Below are positions 19,361-31,025 of a DNA stretch of 45,334 nt, in pieces. The notes beneath the pieces were generated by a model that saw only the letters and a program-made list of their open reading frames with translations, ran no database searches and was not told the origin of the DNA. The stretch is from PVC group bacterium. Lineage in GTDB: Bacteria; Auribacterota; Erginobacteria; Erginobacterales; Erginobacteraceae. Within the stretch, counting starts at the first letter, position 1, and the number at the start of each line of letters is the position of its first letter. Location: the NCBI GenBank assembly GCA_043804695.1, contig JAZDIV010000114.1, positions 1 through 45,334 of the forward strand. The letters run 5' to 3'. Position numbers and translations under genes: made by a program.

Positions 19361-19527
19361 GAGGCTGTCCGATAATTCAGATTTTAGGCATTTTAGAGGT
19401 CATTGCGAGGAGCGCAGCGACGAAGCAATCTCATCATTTTGGATAAGAGGTGGTTATGAATGAGAAAATAGCTTGCTTCGCCCCTTCGGAGCTCGCAAGG
19501 ACATTTCAGGGTTTACCGGACAGCCTC
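19361..19527. mobile_element. 167-bp MITE inserted in a REP loop (TTCA duplicated)
   Basis: GTAGCGGCGACC-TTCA-[GAGGCTGTCCG...CGGACAGCCTC]-TTCA-GGCCGCC; an empty REP GTAGCGCCGACCTTCAGGTCGCC sits at 19573. Confidence 0.9.
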
Positions 19528-19730
19528 TTCAGGCCGCCACCAACTCAAACCGTAATCGCCTCCGGCTACTTCGTAGCGCCGACCTTCAGGTCGCCATCGT
19601 CTCTTTTAAAATAAAAAATTTTTACGTTTTTTGTCGAATATCCTGAGTTTATCGAAGGGCGCCTTTTACGGCTAAATAAGGGGCCGAGGCGGGGCATCTT
19701 GCCAGGTTTTGCGCCTTTTGGCGGCTTCAC

Positions 19731-21449
19731 TTATCGTCTCCCGAAGCGTTTTTCCAGGTCTTCCCAGGCATGGATCAGCATGGTCGGGCGCCCGTGCGGG
19801 CAGTGACCCGGCTCCGCGCAGGCGTACAGCTCCTCCACCAGCCTGCTCAGTTCGACCGGCTCCAGCCGCTCCCGGGCCTTGACCGCGGCCAGGCAGGACA
19901 GCCTGATGATGATCTCCTCCCGGGGATCGGCCGGTCCGCCTTTCTGCTCGTCGAGCCGGGAGATCACATCCAGGACCAGCTCCTCCCGGTTCCAGCTGGA
20001 GAGGATCGCCGGGAGAGCGGTGATGATGAATGAATCGCGGCCGAACGGCTCGATCTCGATGCCGAGGTCCTTAAAAAGAGGGATCCGTTCCGCCAGCAGG
20101 GCGGCCCGGGTCGGGGTCAGGTCGACGTTGATCGGCGCCAGCAAGGGCTGAACCTCTATCCGATCCTTCCGGAAAGCCTCCCGGAAACGCTCATAAACGA
20201 CCCGTTCATGGGCGGCGTGCTGGTCGATGATCACCACCCCTTCCGGGGTCTGGGCCAGAACATAGCGGTTCCCGGCCTGGCCCAGGACCCGATAGAGTCC
20301 CGGGCCGGCGGCCGGCTCCGTTTCTCCTCCCGGAAGCGGGCCGCCGGACCATTTTTGACCGAGATTCATCTCCTCCTGCCCCGGCGCATAGGCGGCCGCT
20401 CTCTCCCCCACCCCGCCCACCGGACGGCCGGAACCGGAAGCGGAAGCCGAAGACGCGGGAAAGGAACTTTTCAGGGCGCCGGCCACGGCCCTGACCACCA
20501 GCCGGCGGACCCGGTCGGGGCGGGAGAACCTGACCTCTCGCTTGGCCGGATGAATATTGACATCCACCCCCGTGCCGGCGAGGTCGATCGATATGACCCC
20601 GGACGGGAACCTCCGCCCCGGCAGGCGGACGCCGTACCCTTCCAGCACCGCTTGGGCGATCATCCGGTCCTGGACCGGCCGGCGGTTGATAAAGAGCGAG
20701 AGCCCGTGGCGGACGGCAGCCGCCTGGCCGGGGGAGACGATGAAACCGCTGACCGCGATATCCCCTTCGTTCTCCCGCAGGGGGAGGAGACGCCGGGCCG
20801 AATCGCTTCCCCAGAGATCCCCCAGCCGATCTTGGAGCGTTTCGACCGCCGGCAGGGTGAACACCTTTTCCCCCTCTCTCTCAAAACTGAAAGCGACCCC
20901 CGGGCTGGCCAGGGCGTGAGCGACGACCTCGGCCGTGATGTGGCCCAGCTCGGTTCGGGGGGTCTTCAGAAATTTCAGCCGGGCGGGCGTGTTAAAAAAA
21001 AGCCGGCGCACTTCGATCACCGTCCCGGGGGGCGCGCCCGCCTCGGAGACATCCCGGATCGAACCGGCGATGATATGAATCCGGATCGCGGCGAGCGAAT
21101 CAGCCGGGCGGCTGGTGAGCCTGACTTCGGAGACGCCCGCGATGCTGGGCAGGGCCTCCCCCCGGAATCCGAGGGTGGAGAGCGTCTCCAGATCCGGGAA
21201 GTTCCTGAGCTTGCTGGTGGAATGCCGTTCAAAAGCCAGGATCAGATCATCCCGCTCCATCCCGCAACCGTCGTCTTCCACCCTGATCTCCCGTCTCCCC
21301 GCTCCCCGCACCGCCACCCCGATGTTCTTCGCCCCCGCGTCCAGGGAGTTCTCGATCAGTTCTCTGACCACGGAAGCGGGACGCTCCACGACCTCCCCGG
21401 CGGCGATCTTGTTCACCACCGCTTCCGGCAGCAGTCTTATCCTGCTCAT
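19731..21449 (-). CDS. mutL: DNA mismatch repair protein MutL
   Basis: KIAAGEVVERPASVVREL, GFRGEAL, DQHAAHER, CPHGRP. Confidence 0.98.
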   Translation of the reverse strand: MSRIRLLPEAVVNKIAAGEVVERPASVVRELIENSLDAGAKNIGVAVRGAGRREIRVEDDGCGMERDDLILAFERHSTSKLRNFPDLETLSTLGFRGEALPSIAGVSEVRLTSRPADSLAAIRIHIIAGSIRDVSEAGAPPGTVIEVRRLFFNTPARLKFLKTPRTELGHITAEVVAHALASPGVAFSFEREGEKVFTLPAVETLQDRLGDLWGSDSARRLLPLRENEGDIAVSGFIVSPGQAAAVRHGLSLFINRRPVQDRMIAQAVLEGYGVRLPGRRFPSGVISIDLAGTGVDVNIHPAKREVRFSRPDRVRRLVVRAVAGALKSSFPASSASASGSGRPVGGVGERAAAYAPGQEEMNLGQKWSGGPLPGGETEPAAGPGLYRVLGQAGNRYVLAQTPEGVVIIDQHAAHERVVYERFREAFRKDRIEVQPLLAPINVDLTPTRAALLAERIPLFKDLGIEIEPFGRDSFIITALPAILSSWNREELVLDVISRLDEQKGGPADPREEIIIRLSCLAAVKARERLEPVELSRLVEELYACAEPGHCPHGRPTMLIHAWEDLEKRFGRR

Positions 21450-21530
21450 AATTTCTGCTTCGTACAGATTATCATCTTCTATCCAAAATACGCTTGATCT
21501 CTCCGTATCTGTCGACCTTCAGGTCGACAG

Positions 21531-22106
21531 TCATTGTTCTTTTAAAAGATTTTCTTTTAAAAGAACAGCCCAGATATGGCGGCAGGCGAAGCCGAGTTTC
21601 CTTCCCCGGTAGGTATAATCCGGCCCGCTGCAGGAGGCGCCCAGGAGAGGCCCTTCCCGGACCAGCGTCACCGTGTATTCCCCCACCTCGTAATGATTCT
21701 CGTCGATCTTCTTGATCCTGGCGGCATCGATCCTCCCCTTGTCATACCGGTCCCCTTCCCGGATCATCCCGGGCGCGATCTCGATATAACCGTCCGGGAG
21801 CTTGAAGACCCGCCGCCCGATGGTGTCGGCCTCCTCCCGGCACTGCTCGATCTTGATCCGGATCGTCTCCGGCTGCCAGTCCGGATAGAGCCGGAACAGA
21901 TCTTCATAGATCGCGATCGCCTCCATGAATTTATCGTAGGCCAGGCGATCCTCTTTTTGATAAATGGCCTTCCGGGCCTCCCGGATCAGAAAGTACGCCT
22001 TCTGGTTCAACTCCTCAGGTGCGGCCGGCGCGTCCGCGGCCCGGGCCATCCCCATGAAGATAAAACCAGCTCCCAGAATCGCCGACGAGAGACGAAGCAA
22101 TTTCAT
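21531..22106 (-). CDS. Exported hypothetical protein with degenerate SWIM-like C-terminus
   Basis: Signal peptide MKLLRLSSAILGAGFIFMGMARA; C-term YTVTL...ASCSGPDY...CRHIWAV; SD GGAGG. Confidence 0.7.
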   Translation of the reverse strand: MKLLRLSSAILGAGFIFMGMARAADAPAAPEELNQKAYFLIREARKAIYQKEDRLAYDKFMEAIAIYEDLFRLYPDWQPETIRIKIEQCREEADTIGRRVFKLPDGYIEIAPGMIREGDRYDKGRIDAARIKKIDENHYEVGEYTVTLVREGPLLGASCSGPDYTYRGRKLGFACRHIWAVLLKENLLKEQ

Positions 22107-22206
22107 GTCGCTCCTCCCTGTATATTGGAATCTTTCCTGGAACGTGGTTAAAAAGCTTTTCAATATAAATAATGTCACTTTCCGGCCTGCCGGAAAGCGA
22201 CATTAT

Positions 22207-23739
<1,533 letters not shown>

Positions 23740-23894
23740 CTTAAAATTTTTCTCCCGAGCCAGATGTCTGGTTTCCAGTGGTAGCCGCACTTTTTAAGGT
23801 GCGCGGCCAATTACAACCTTATAAATTCTACAATAATTTCTCATTCGAATTAACGATACCAAATTATAATACATCTACAATATTTTCCGACAAT

Positions 23895-23944
23895 AAAAAA
23901 GCGGCCCCTGAGCCTGTCTATTGACAGGCCGGCAGCCGCTTTTT
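23895..23944. terminator. Probable intrinsic terminator
   Basis: AAAAAAGCGGC...GCCGCTTTTT with inner stem GCCTGTC/GACAGGC, downstream of the peptidase gene. Confidence 0.6.
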
Positions 23945-24197
23945 AACTACAGAACAGGATAACTTTTTAAAAATTCCCCATCAATCCCCTCCCCTACCCC
24001 GGCGCATAGACCACTTGCTAAGTTTCATGAATAAGTCGCCCTTCGGGCTTCCGCTCAGGGTTAACCCTGAGCCCTTCGACTGTGCTCAGGGTGCGAAGCA
24101 TCGCGTCGAAGCCTGCGAGAAAGCAATCTGCTTTCTTGCAGGCGGTTATGAACGAAAACGAAGTTTTCGTGAATAATCAGGGTTAAAAACCCGATTA

Positions 24198-27100
24198 TTA
24201 TCGTACAATAACTTGCGTTAACCGGGCCCCCGAAGATAGTTGTTTTTCGGTCCCACTTGAGGAAGTCGTGTTAGTCTTGATGGAAGTCGTTACTGCCGGT
24301 ACGCTTGCGGCAGTGGTCAGCGTTTTCGGCTGGATCGCTACTTCCTGCTGACGCGTAATGTTCTCCTCGATCCGGCGCGTCAGGTCCGACCCGTTGATAT
24401 CCGGCACACCCAACGGTTGTTTTACCACTCCATCCGGCTTGGTAACGCTCTGGTCCGGACCGTCGACAATACCGTCGACATCCATATCCCGTCCGCTATC
24501 CTCCGAGTCATTTGCATAAATCAACAATTCCACCTGGTGGGGAGCGGAATCCGAGCTGGCGAAGTGTTTTTCGGCCAGAAGCGATCCTTCCACCCGCCCC
24601 TTCAACAGGAGGCCGTGATTGGAGGAGGGAGAATCGATCCAGGCTTTGACCCAGGCGGTGATATCCAGGGTCAAAGTACCGCCGCGGTTCACGGTGGCAT
24701 GGAGCGTGGGCGTAATCATGGGGTTGTTAATGAAACCGGGCTGGTTTTTCCAGGTGACGGTATTCTCCCCCCAGGGACCGCCGCTCAACAGGTGGGCGCT
24801 GATTTCCAGGGGCGTACCGTCCCAAACGTCCCCGGTCTCTTTCAGACACAATATCGCCTGAGACAATCTACTGGAATTGGAAAATCCGGAAAAATCGAAC
24901 TGGATCAGTGTCCGCATGCTCCCGTAAATCCCGGTTTTTATCTTGAGCAAGGAGGGGTCTACCCTCCCAAAGGGGGTGGAGGGAGTATAACTTGATACAT
25001 AAGCGTCCTGCATCGGACTGAGAATCTGGGAAGGATAATGTTCGGAATCGGAAGGGATGCAGCTGTCGGGGTCGTTGGGGTCGGTGCCGTCCGCCACCTC
25101 CTGACCGTCACCCACCCCGTCCTGGTCGGAGTCGGGAGAAAAAGGATCAGTCTCGTGCTGTATTTCCTGATTATCGTTCAGTCCGTCACTGTCGGTATCC
25201 GGATTTACGGGATCGGTGTGAGTGTTGTAGAGCTCCTCCCCGTCGGTGAGACCGTCCCCGTCGCTGTCAGCTCTAAGCGGATTGGTCCCCTTATCGAATT
25301 CGGTTTGGTTGGAAAGCCCGTCACTGTCGGGGTCTTCTCCCCAGATGTGGGAGCCGCCGAAATAGTCTTCCCAGTCGGCCGCGCTGGTCGGCCAGGACAG
25401 CGAATTGTACGGGTCGGAATCATATTTGTACTCCGCTTCATCCGGCCAGCCGTCCCGGTCGCTGTCCAGCTTGGGATTATCAAAAGAAAGGTAGTAGCTG
25501 ACCTTGCCCAGCAGTTCGTTAAGATCAGAAACTCCGTCACCGTTAGAATCCCGCAAAGACGGGTCGAATCCCAATATCTCTTCGCCGATATCCGCCAGCC
25601 CGTCGCCGTCGCCGTCCAGCGGCACATCGGCGCTCTTCCCCACCTGGAGGCTCCCGTCGCCGATGATATTGAAGATAGCCCCCGGATCTCCGTAGGCCAT
25701 GGAAAAATTGAAGCGTCGGATTGTCGATTCGCCGATATAAGCGTAATAGTCGATCAGGCTCCAGAACCGTCCGGCATCGGGGGAACGAATGGTAAAGAGG
25801 TCCCAGCTGTGGATGAGGGGGGAACCCATGGCCGCCGCTGGGCGGCTAGTCTCGGAGTTGATCGTGTTCATCACCAACGAATAATTTCCGCCGTCCGCCC
25901 AGTCACCGCAGCCGCACCCGGCGTAAAGAACCAGCTTGGGCCACTCATTGCCGGACCCATGGAAATACGCTTCGTCGTATCCAAATTCCCCGCAATACGT
26001 AGGGGTGCCATGGGCCGAATAGAGAAAGGCATGGGACCGGCGCTGGTAATAGGAATAGGCGGTCGCCTGCGTGCTCGCCCCTAAAAAGCTTGTGATGGAA
26101 TCGAAGGCGGCGGCGAAATAACGGGAGGTAACGCAGGACCAGTCGGCGTCGGTGGTATCATGGACAAAATATCCATCGGCGGAATCCTGGACGATATAAT
26201 CACTCAACAACCGGTTCCTGCCATAACGGTCGAAAACACTGCCGCTTATAGAATCATTACAGTTATAGGTAGCGTAGCGTGAGACCCAGGCTTCCAGGAA
26301 ATAATATTTGCTCGGTCTTTCGTCGGACATATGATGGATTCCATCCCCGTTCTCGTCATTCCACTTTTCCCCAAACAGGTTTCCATACATATGATCGGTC
26401 GACCCTTCACCCGAATACCCCGGCCAGCACTCGTTGACCTCGAAATGAGGTATTCCCCGCCCCACTAAAATGATCCCTTTTATCTCCTCCTGACCGGCGC
26501 CGGTAATATAGGTTATATACAGGTTTCTGATCCGATCCTGCAGTTGCTGTTTGTTCTCTCCCAGATAGCGGATCGTGTACACTTTTTTGTACTGGCTGAA
26601 TAGCCTGACATGATTCGCCCAGCGGCCGAGGGATGGATTGTCATAAAAGGAATCTTCCGCCACTATCAGAACGGCGGGAACGGTGTGAGGCTTGCTGTTT
26701 TTATCCGCCGGATCCGTCCCCAGGTATAAAGCTTCCAAACCGTCCTGATAGCCGTCGTTGTCAGTGTCGATATCCCAGATATCAAGCTCCAGTTCAACCT
26801 CCTCATAAACAGTAAGACCATCACCATCCGTGTCTTCAGAGCCATCTTCCGGATTCTGCGGGTCTAATTCATGGTCCAACTCCCACCCGTCGAGCAAGCC
26901 ATCCCCGTCCTGATCGGGATTGTGGGGATCCAAACCATAGATAAATTCATCCAGATTGGACAGTCCATCCCCATCGCTATCCAGCTCACCGTCACCGGAA
27001 TATCCCGGGTCGAGTCCGTTCTCTTCTTCCCACCCGTCATCCATGCCGTCATCGTCCAGGTCGGAATCGTATGCCCCGTGAGCCGGAGAAGTCATCTCCC

Positions 27101-27509
27101 GGTTATAGTATGTCGCTCCATCTTCAGCTACAAATAATTCTATTTCCCAACTATCTTCCGGGAACCTAGTCGGCAGATATACCACACTAATCCGCCCGCC
27201 GTCATATTGAAGGGTTAAGGTCCGGCCGGCGTAGAGAACCAGCGGTTCGCCATATAACCAGATAGACACCGGTTCGGGAGAATCAAGAGCCTCACCATCG
27301 TGAAAATTGCCCTGATACCAAGAGCCCAACTCTGTCACACTCGTATATCCGTAAATCTGCATTTCAATGCCCAGATCGGGCGGGATATTGGTTGTTAGAT
27401 TTTCCAGATCCTCGACATACAGAGGATCGGTGGCCGGGGCCGGGGCGGGGAACAGAGCGAGAAGAAGCAGGAACAAAGACCCCAGTAACAATGCTTCAAA
27501 TCTTTTCAT
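24198..27509 (-). CDS. Secreted multidomain protein: DxDxDG Ca-binding (TSP3-like) repeats, peptidase C25 (gingipain)-like domain, DNRLRE/CBM96-like domain
   Basis: Signal peptide at 27509; many DSDGDG repeats; GIILVG..IP, EAWVSR, SAHG, YAGC, NIIGD motifs; QDAYV...RTLIQFD...LDITAWV. Confidence 0.8.
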   Translation of the reverse strand: MKRFEALLLGSLFLLLLALFPAPAPATDPLYVEDLENLTTNIPPDLGIEMQIYGYTSVTELGSWYQGNFHDGEALDSPEPVSIWLYGEPLVLYAGRTLTLQYDGGRISVVYLPTRFPEDSWEIELFVAEDGATYYNREMTSPAHGAYDSDLDDDGMDDGWEEENGLDPGYSGDGELDSDGDGLSNLDEFIYGLDPHNPDQDGDGLLDGWELDHELDPQNPEDGSEDTDGDGLTVYEEVELELDIWDIDTDNDGYQDGLEALYLGTDPADKNSKPHTVPAVLIVAEDSFYDNPSLGRWANHVRLFSQYKKVYTIRYLGENKQQLQDRIRNLYITYITGAGQEEIKGIILVGRGIPHFEVNECWPGYSGEGSTDHMYGNLFGEKWNDENGDGIHHMSDERPSKYYFLEAWVSRYATYNCNDSISGSVFDRYGRNRLLSDYIVQDSADGYFVHDTTDADWSCVTSRYFAAAFDSITSFLGASTQATAYSYYQRRSHAFLYSAHGTPTYCGEFGYDEAYFHGSGNEWPKLVLYAGCGCGDWADGGNYSLVMNTINSETSRPAAAMGSPLIHSWDLFTIRSPDAGRFWSLIDYYAYIGESTIRRFNFSMAYGDPGAIFNIIGDGSLQVGKSADVPLDGDGDGLADIGEEILGFDPSLRDSNGDGVSDLNELLGKVSYYLSFDNPKLDSDRDGWPDEAEYKYDSDPYNSLSWPTSAADWEDYFGGSHIWGEDPDSDGLSNQTEFDKGTNPLRADSDGDGLTDGEELYNTHTDPVNPDTDSDGLNDNQEIQHETDPFSPDSDQDGVGDGQEVADGTDPNDPDSCIPSDSEHYPSQILSPMQDAYVSSYTPSTPFGRVDPSLLKIKTGIYGSMRTLIQFDFSGFSNSSRLSQAILCLKETGDVWDGTPLEISAHLLSGGPWGENTVTWKNQPGFINNPMITPTLHATVNRGGTLTLDITAWVKAWIDSPSSNHGLLLKGRVEGSLLAEKHFASSDSAPHQVELLIYANDSEDSGRDMDVDGIVDGPDQSVTKPDGVVKQPLGVPDINGSDLTRRIEENITRQQEVAIQPKTLTTAASVPAVTTSIKTNTTSSSGTEKQLSSGARLTQVIVR

Positions 27510-28124
27510 TCTTTCTCCTTTTATAGCTTTTAGGCCTCGATCACTCCCGGCCTTCTCTTTGAACCTGTTTTCCCTCTTTTTCTCAGGGAAGATCGAAAAT
27601 TTTCTCGTCACTATTGTTTGTTTATGAAGCAAATACAGTGCCAAGTTTTCATTTTCATCAGGCGTATTTTCACAACCACTTCTCTGTCAAGTAAATAAAA
27701 ATTACAAAGGCGATTCGCAGCTTCAGTTTTAAGACTGTAAAATACTCAATTATTGACAACTATGGTTTACAGGTAGCAATTCTGGTTTACTGAATACGTC
27801 AAGAAAGAGGTGTTTTCCCCGGATGACCGGGGAGAAATTCAGGCGGCGGGATTCTTGCGGCCGGACTATTTTAGCCCGGCTGCTTTTTATGTCTCCCTGC
27901 AGGTGTTTGAGGCCAATCTGAGGTTTCCGGGGCAAACCTTTCCTCTCCGCAAATGGGATTATCTTGCTGATATTGCTATCTGGCCGGACTTTTGAGAATC
28001 CAGTATCCAGGCGCTTATTCTCATCTATTCTCCCTTTTGATCGGGAAGGATAATAGCTATGTCGCCGCGTCAAAAATCTGCTGAGTGCGCCGTGTCAAAA
28101 TCCCTGAAATTAAAATAGGCAAAG

Positions 28125-28157
28125 AAAAAGCCCAGGTTTCTCATTTCAAACCTGGGC
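28125..28157 (-). terminator. Intrinsic terminator after the comM fragment
   Basis: GCCCAGGTTT-8-AAACCTGGGC followed by TTTTTCTTT on the minus strand. Confidence 0.65.
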
Positions 28158-28210
28158 ACAGAGTCAATTTTAATGCAAAACCGAGTTTGTTATTTGTCCC
28201 CTTATTGTAA

Positions 28211-28645
28211 CACCGCCACCTCGATCGCCCGCTTGACATCCTGCTGCCCTTTGACATCCGAAAAATCCAGGCTGTAGCTGCTCGCCGCCCGGAAGATCTC
28301 TTCCAGTTCCAGACGGACCGGGGGGAGTTAGATCTCGCCGGACAGGGATTTGACCGCCTGGGAGAGGTCTTCAACCGCCCGGACCTCCAGCCCCCGCACG
28401 ATCGCCGCTTCCCGGGCGTTGTCCGCCGGCACCAGGAGCGACCGCGCCCCCCATCCCCGGGCCGCCATGGCGATCGAGAGCAGTCCGTTGACTGGCCGGA
28501 TGGCCCCGTTCAATGCCAGCTCTCCGAGTATGATGTGCCCGGAAAGGCCGGCGGCGGGTATCTGCCCGGAGGCTTTCAAAACACCCAGCGCGATCGGATA
28601 GGCGTCTATCCCCAGCAGCCCCACCGAGAAAACCTTGGCCAGCAT
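28211..28645 (-). pseudogene. comM: Decayed 5' fragment of comM
   Basis: [23 protein letters not shown] (internal deletion), in-frame stop after GEI, continues ...[19 protein letters not shown], then homology ends. Confidence 0.9.
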
Positions 28646-28722
28646 TATAAAATTGTCTCCCCGCCCGATACGGATGATTATACATTAGCGCCTTCGGCGC
28701 AAATTCGTAGCGGCGACCTTCA

Positions 28723-28889
28723 GAGGCTGTCCGATAATTCAGATTTTAGGCATTTTAGAGGTCATTGCGAGGAGCGCAGCGACGAAGCAATCTCATCATT
28801 TTGGATAAGAGGTGGTTATGAATGAAAAAATAGATTGCTTCGCCCCTGCGGAGCTCGCAATGACATTTTAGGGTTTACCGGACAGCCTC
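28723..28889. mobile_element. 167-bp MITE in a REP doublet (TTCA duplicated)
   Basis: Same TIRs; host REP doublet spans GTAG at 28707 to CTAC at 28930. Confidence 0.9.
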
Positions 28890-28937
28890 TTCAGGTCGCC
28901 ACAATCTGGCAGCCTAGAGGCTGCCGCTACGACATTT

Positions 28938-29028
28938 ATTGTCCCGATTATTTATTCAGAAATATCGTTATCGGGATCCCGATGGATATCGGGAAAATCC
29001 CGAAGCAGTACATTATCGCCTTCGGCGC
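28938..29028 (+). repeat. R repeat copy
   Basis: Near-identical to 5449-5539. Confidence 0.85.
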
Positions 29029-29199
29029 TAACCTTTTATTTTGGCAAAGAAACCCGGATAAATCATATCAACTCATCCCTTTATTTAGAAAATAAAAAGG
29101 TATAGTATCCTTCAACCTTCTCATATTTATACCCCGGGATTGATCTCTGACGACAAAGGCTCAATACCTAATACCCTGCTCGAAAAGGAGTTCGAGCCG

Positions 29200-29276
29200 A
29201 AAATCCTAAATCCTAATATCGAAATCCTAAATAAATCCAAAATCCTCAGCCAGAGGCTGAAAATATTAGGATTTGA
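29200..29276. repeat. Heptamer-periodic repeat (AAATCCT type)
   Basis: aaaatcctaaatcctaatatcgaaatcctaaataaatccaaaatcc...aatattaggattt. Confidence 0.7.
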
Positions 29277-29312
29277 GAGCGTACGAGCTTTTCGAGTAAG
29301 CTCTACCTGCTT

Positions 29313-30539
29313 ATGAATGCTCCCGTCGAACTGAAGATTGAGGACGTCGTCTATCCCGGCCGAGGCCTGGCGCGGATGGACGGGTATGTCGTTTTCATCC
29401 CGGGGGTGCTGCCGGGAGAGACCGTCCGGGCGAGAATAACCCGGCGGCGCAGGACGTACGCCGAGGCGGAGCTGATTGCTGTCGAGATCCCATCCCCCCG
29501 GCGCGTCGATCCCGCCTGCCCTCTGGCCGGTCTCTGCCCCGGATGCTCTTACCAGCACGCGGAGTACGGGGAAGAACTGCGAATCAAGGAGGCGCAGTTC
29601 ATAAACCTCCTCCGGCGAATCGGCCGGGTCGCTGAACCCCCTTCCGTGCCGCCGGTTCCCTCCCCGGTATCGCTCGGTTACCGGAACCGGCTGACCCTCC
29701 ACGCGGCGAGGGTTGCTACCTCCTCTTTAGACATGGACGGAGGCATCCGGCTTGGCTACGTCGGGTTCGATAACCGGTCGGTGATCGATGTCCCGGCCTG
29801 CCCGCTGGCGATGGAGGAGATCAATCTCCTGCTAAAGCGTACCCGCGCCGACCGCCGGCTGATGGGCGGTCTCGGTGAAGGAGATACCGTGTCATTCCGC
29901 TGCACAAAGACCGACGGCGCGCTCTTCTGGATAAACCGGGCATCTCCGGAAAGGGCCCTCCTGTCCGAAACAACCTGCCTCGGACCCGTGTCGGTCCCCT
30001 GCCGGGCTTTCTTCCAGGTGAACATCCCCATCGCCGACGCCCTGATCCGGCGGGTCCGGGATCTTTTCTCCGCTCTCCGTCCCGCGGCGGCGGTCGATCT
30101 CTATTGCGGCGCCGGGATCTTCGCCCTGGCGGCCGGGAAAGCCGGCGTCCCCGCCGTGCTGGGGATCGATCAGAACCGGGGGGCGATCCGGGCCGCGCGG
30201 AAGAACGCCGGCCGGCACGGGCTTCCCGGCCTCCGGTTCGAGGCGCTGGCGGCCGCCGACGGCCTAAAATTCGGCCTCGCCCCCCTCTCTCCGGCCGGGA
30301 CGGCGCTCATCGTCGATCCTCCCCGGGCGGGGCTGGAGAAAGAGGTGATCGCCGTCATCGCGTCCCATAAACCGGGCACGCTCATCTACATATCCTGCGC
30401 GCCCGACACGCTGGCCCGGGACGCGGCGCGGCTGGCCGACGCCGGCTACCGGCTCGAAAACACGCAGATCTTCGACATGTTCCCCCGCACGCCCTACTTC
30501 GAGTCTTTGACTCTGTTCACGCTCCGGCCCGATGAATGA
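29313..30539 (+). CDS. rlmD: RlmD/TrmA-family RNA m5U methyltransferase with TRAM domain
   Basis: TRAM N-terminus, CPLAGLCPGC Fe-S motif, FFQVN, DLYCGAG, DPPRAGL, YISC, DMFPRT. Confidence 0.9.
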   Translation: MNAPVELKIEDVVYPGRGLARMDGYVVFIPGVLPGETVRARITRRRRTYAEAELIAVEIPSPRRVDPACPLAGLCPGCSYQHAEYGEELRIKEAQFINLLRRIGRVAEPPSVPPVPSPVSLGYRNRLTLHAARVATSSLDMDGGIRLGYVGFDNRSVIDVPACPLAMEEINLLLKRTRADRRLMGGLGEGDTVSFRCTKTDGALFWINRASPERALLSETTCLGPVSVPCRAFFQVNIPIADALIRRVRDLFSALRPAAAVDLYCGAGIFALAAGKAGVPAVLGIDQNRGAIRAARKNAGRHGLPGLRFEALAAADGLKFGLAPLSPAGTALIVDPPRAGLEKEVIAVIASHKPGTLIYISCAPDTLARDAARLADAGYRLENTQIFDMFPRTPYFESLTLFTLRPDE

Positions 30540-30592
30540 CCTGATCGCGCGGGTAATCGCGGCGACCTGCCCTCTCTATGCCATAATCGTAT

Positions 30593-30626
30593 TGGACACA
30601 TTTTTTCGATCGAAAAAATGTGTCCA
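30593..30626. repeat. Perfect 34-bp palindrome
   Basis: TGGACACATTTTTTCGA|TCGAAAAAATGTGTCCA with no spacer. Confidence 0.9.
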
Positions 30627-30767
30627 CTGAACATAGAGCCTTCTAAGCAATCTCCTAGCGCAGGACCTTAACCATCCTTTTCTCCGGCAGGGCTGAAGAC
30701 GCTGCCCGGAATGAAAACCTCCATTTTCCCTTATCCATCCTATTCTTAATCCAGTATAATAATTTTT

Positions 30768-31025
30768 ATGAAATCCATTCCCCGGGACACGGACTTGAAA
30801 TCAGCCCGGCGCCGGTATTCAGTTCTCCGGGACAACAGTCCCGCAGACCGCCTGGATATGGCCTTCGAACTAAGCGATATCCTCCGGGAGACACTGGCTG
30901 CCGGTATCAAGCAACGGCATCCCGATTATTCCAAGGGCATGGTCCACAGGGAGACTCTTCGCCTGACACTCGGGAAGGAACTTTTTAAGAAGTTTGAATC
31001 TCACTCTTCCACGGAGCAGCGATGA
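30768..31025 (+). CDS. Small protein translationally coupled to a nucleotidyltransferase (putative antitoxin/partner)
   Basis: 85 aa, AGIKQRHPDYS motif; ATGA overlap with the next gene. Confidence 0.7.
   Translation: MKSIPRDTDLKSARRRYSVLRDNSPADRLDMAFELSDILRETLAAGIKQRHPDYSKGMVHRETLRLTLGKELFKKFESHSSTEQR

Noticed and set aside
27750..28073. Possible recombinase remnant next to the comM breakpoint
   Set aside because: Only a vague D..S....RP similarity; no convincing serine or tyrosine recombinase motif.
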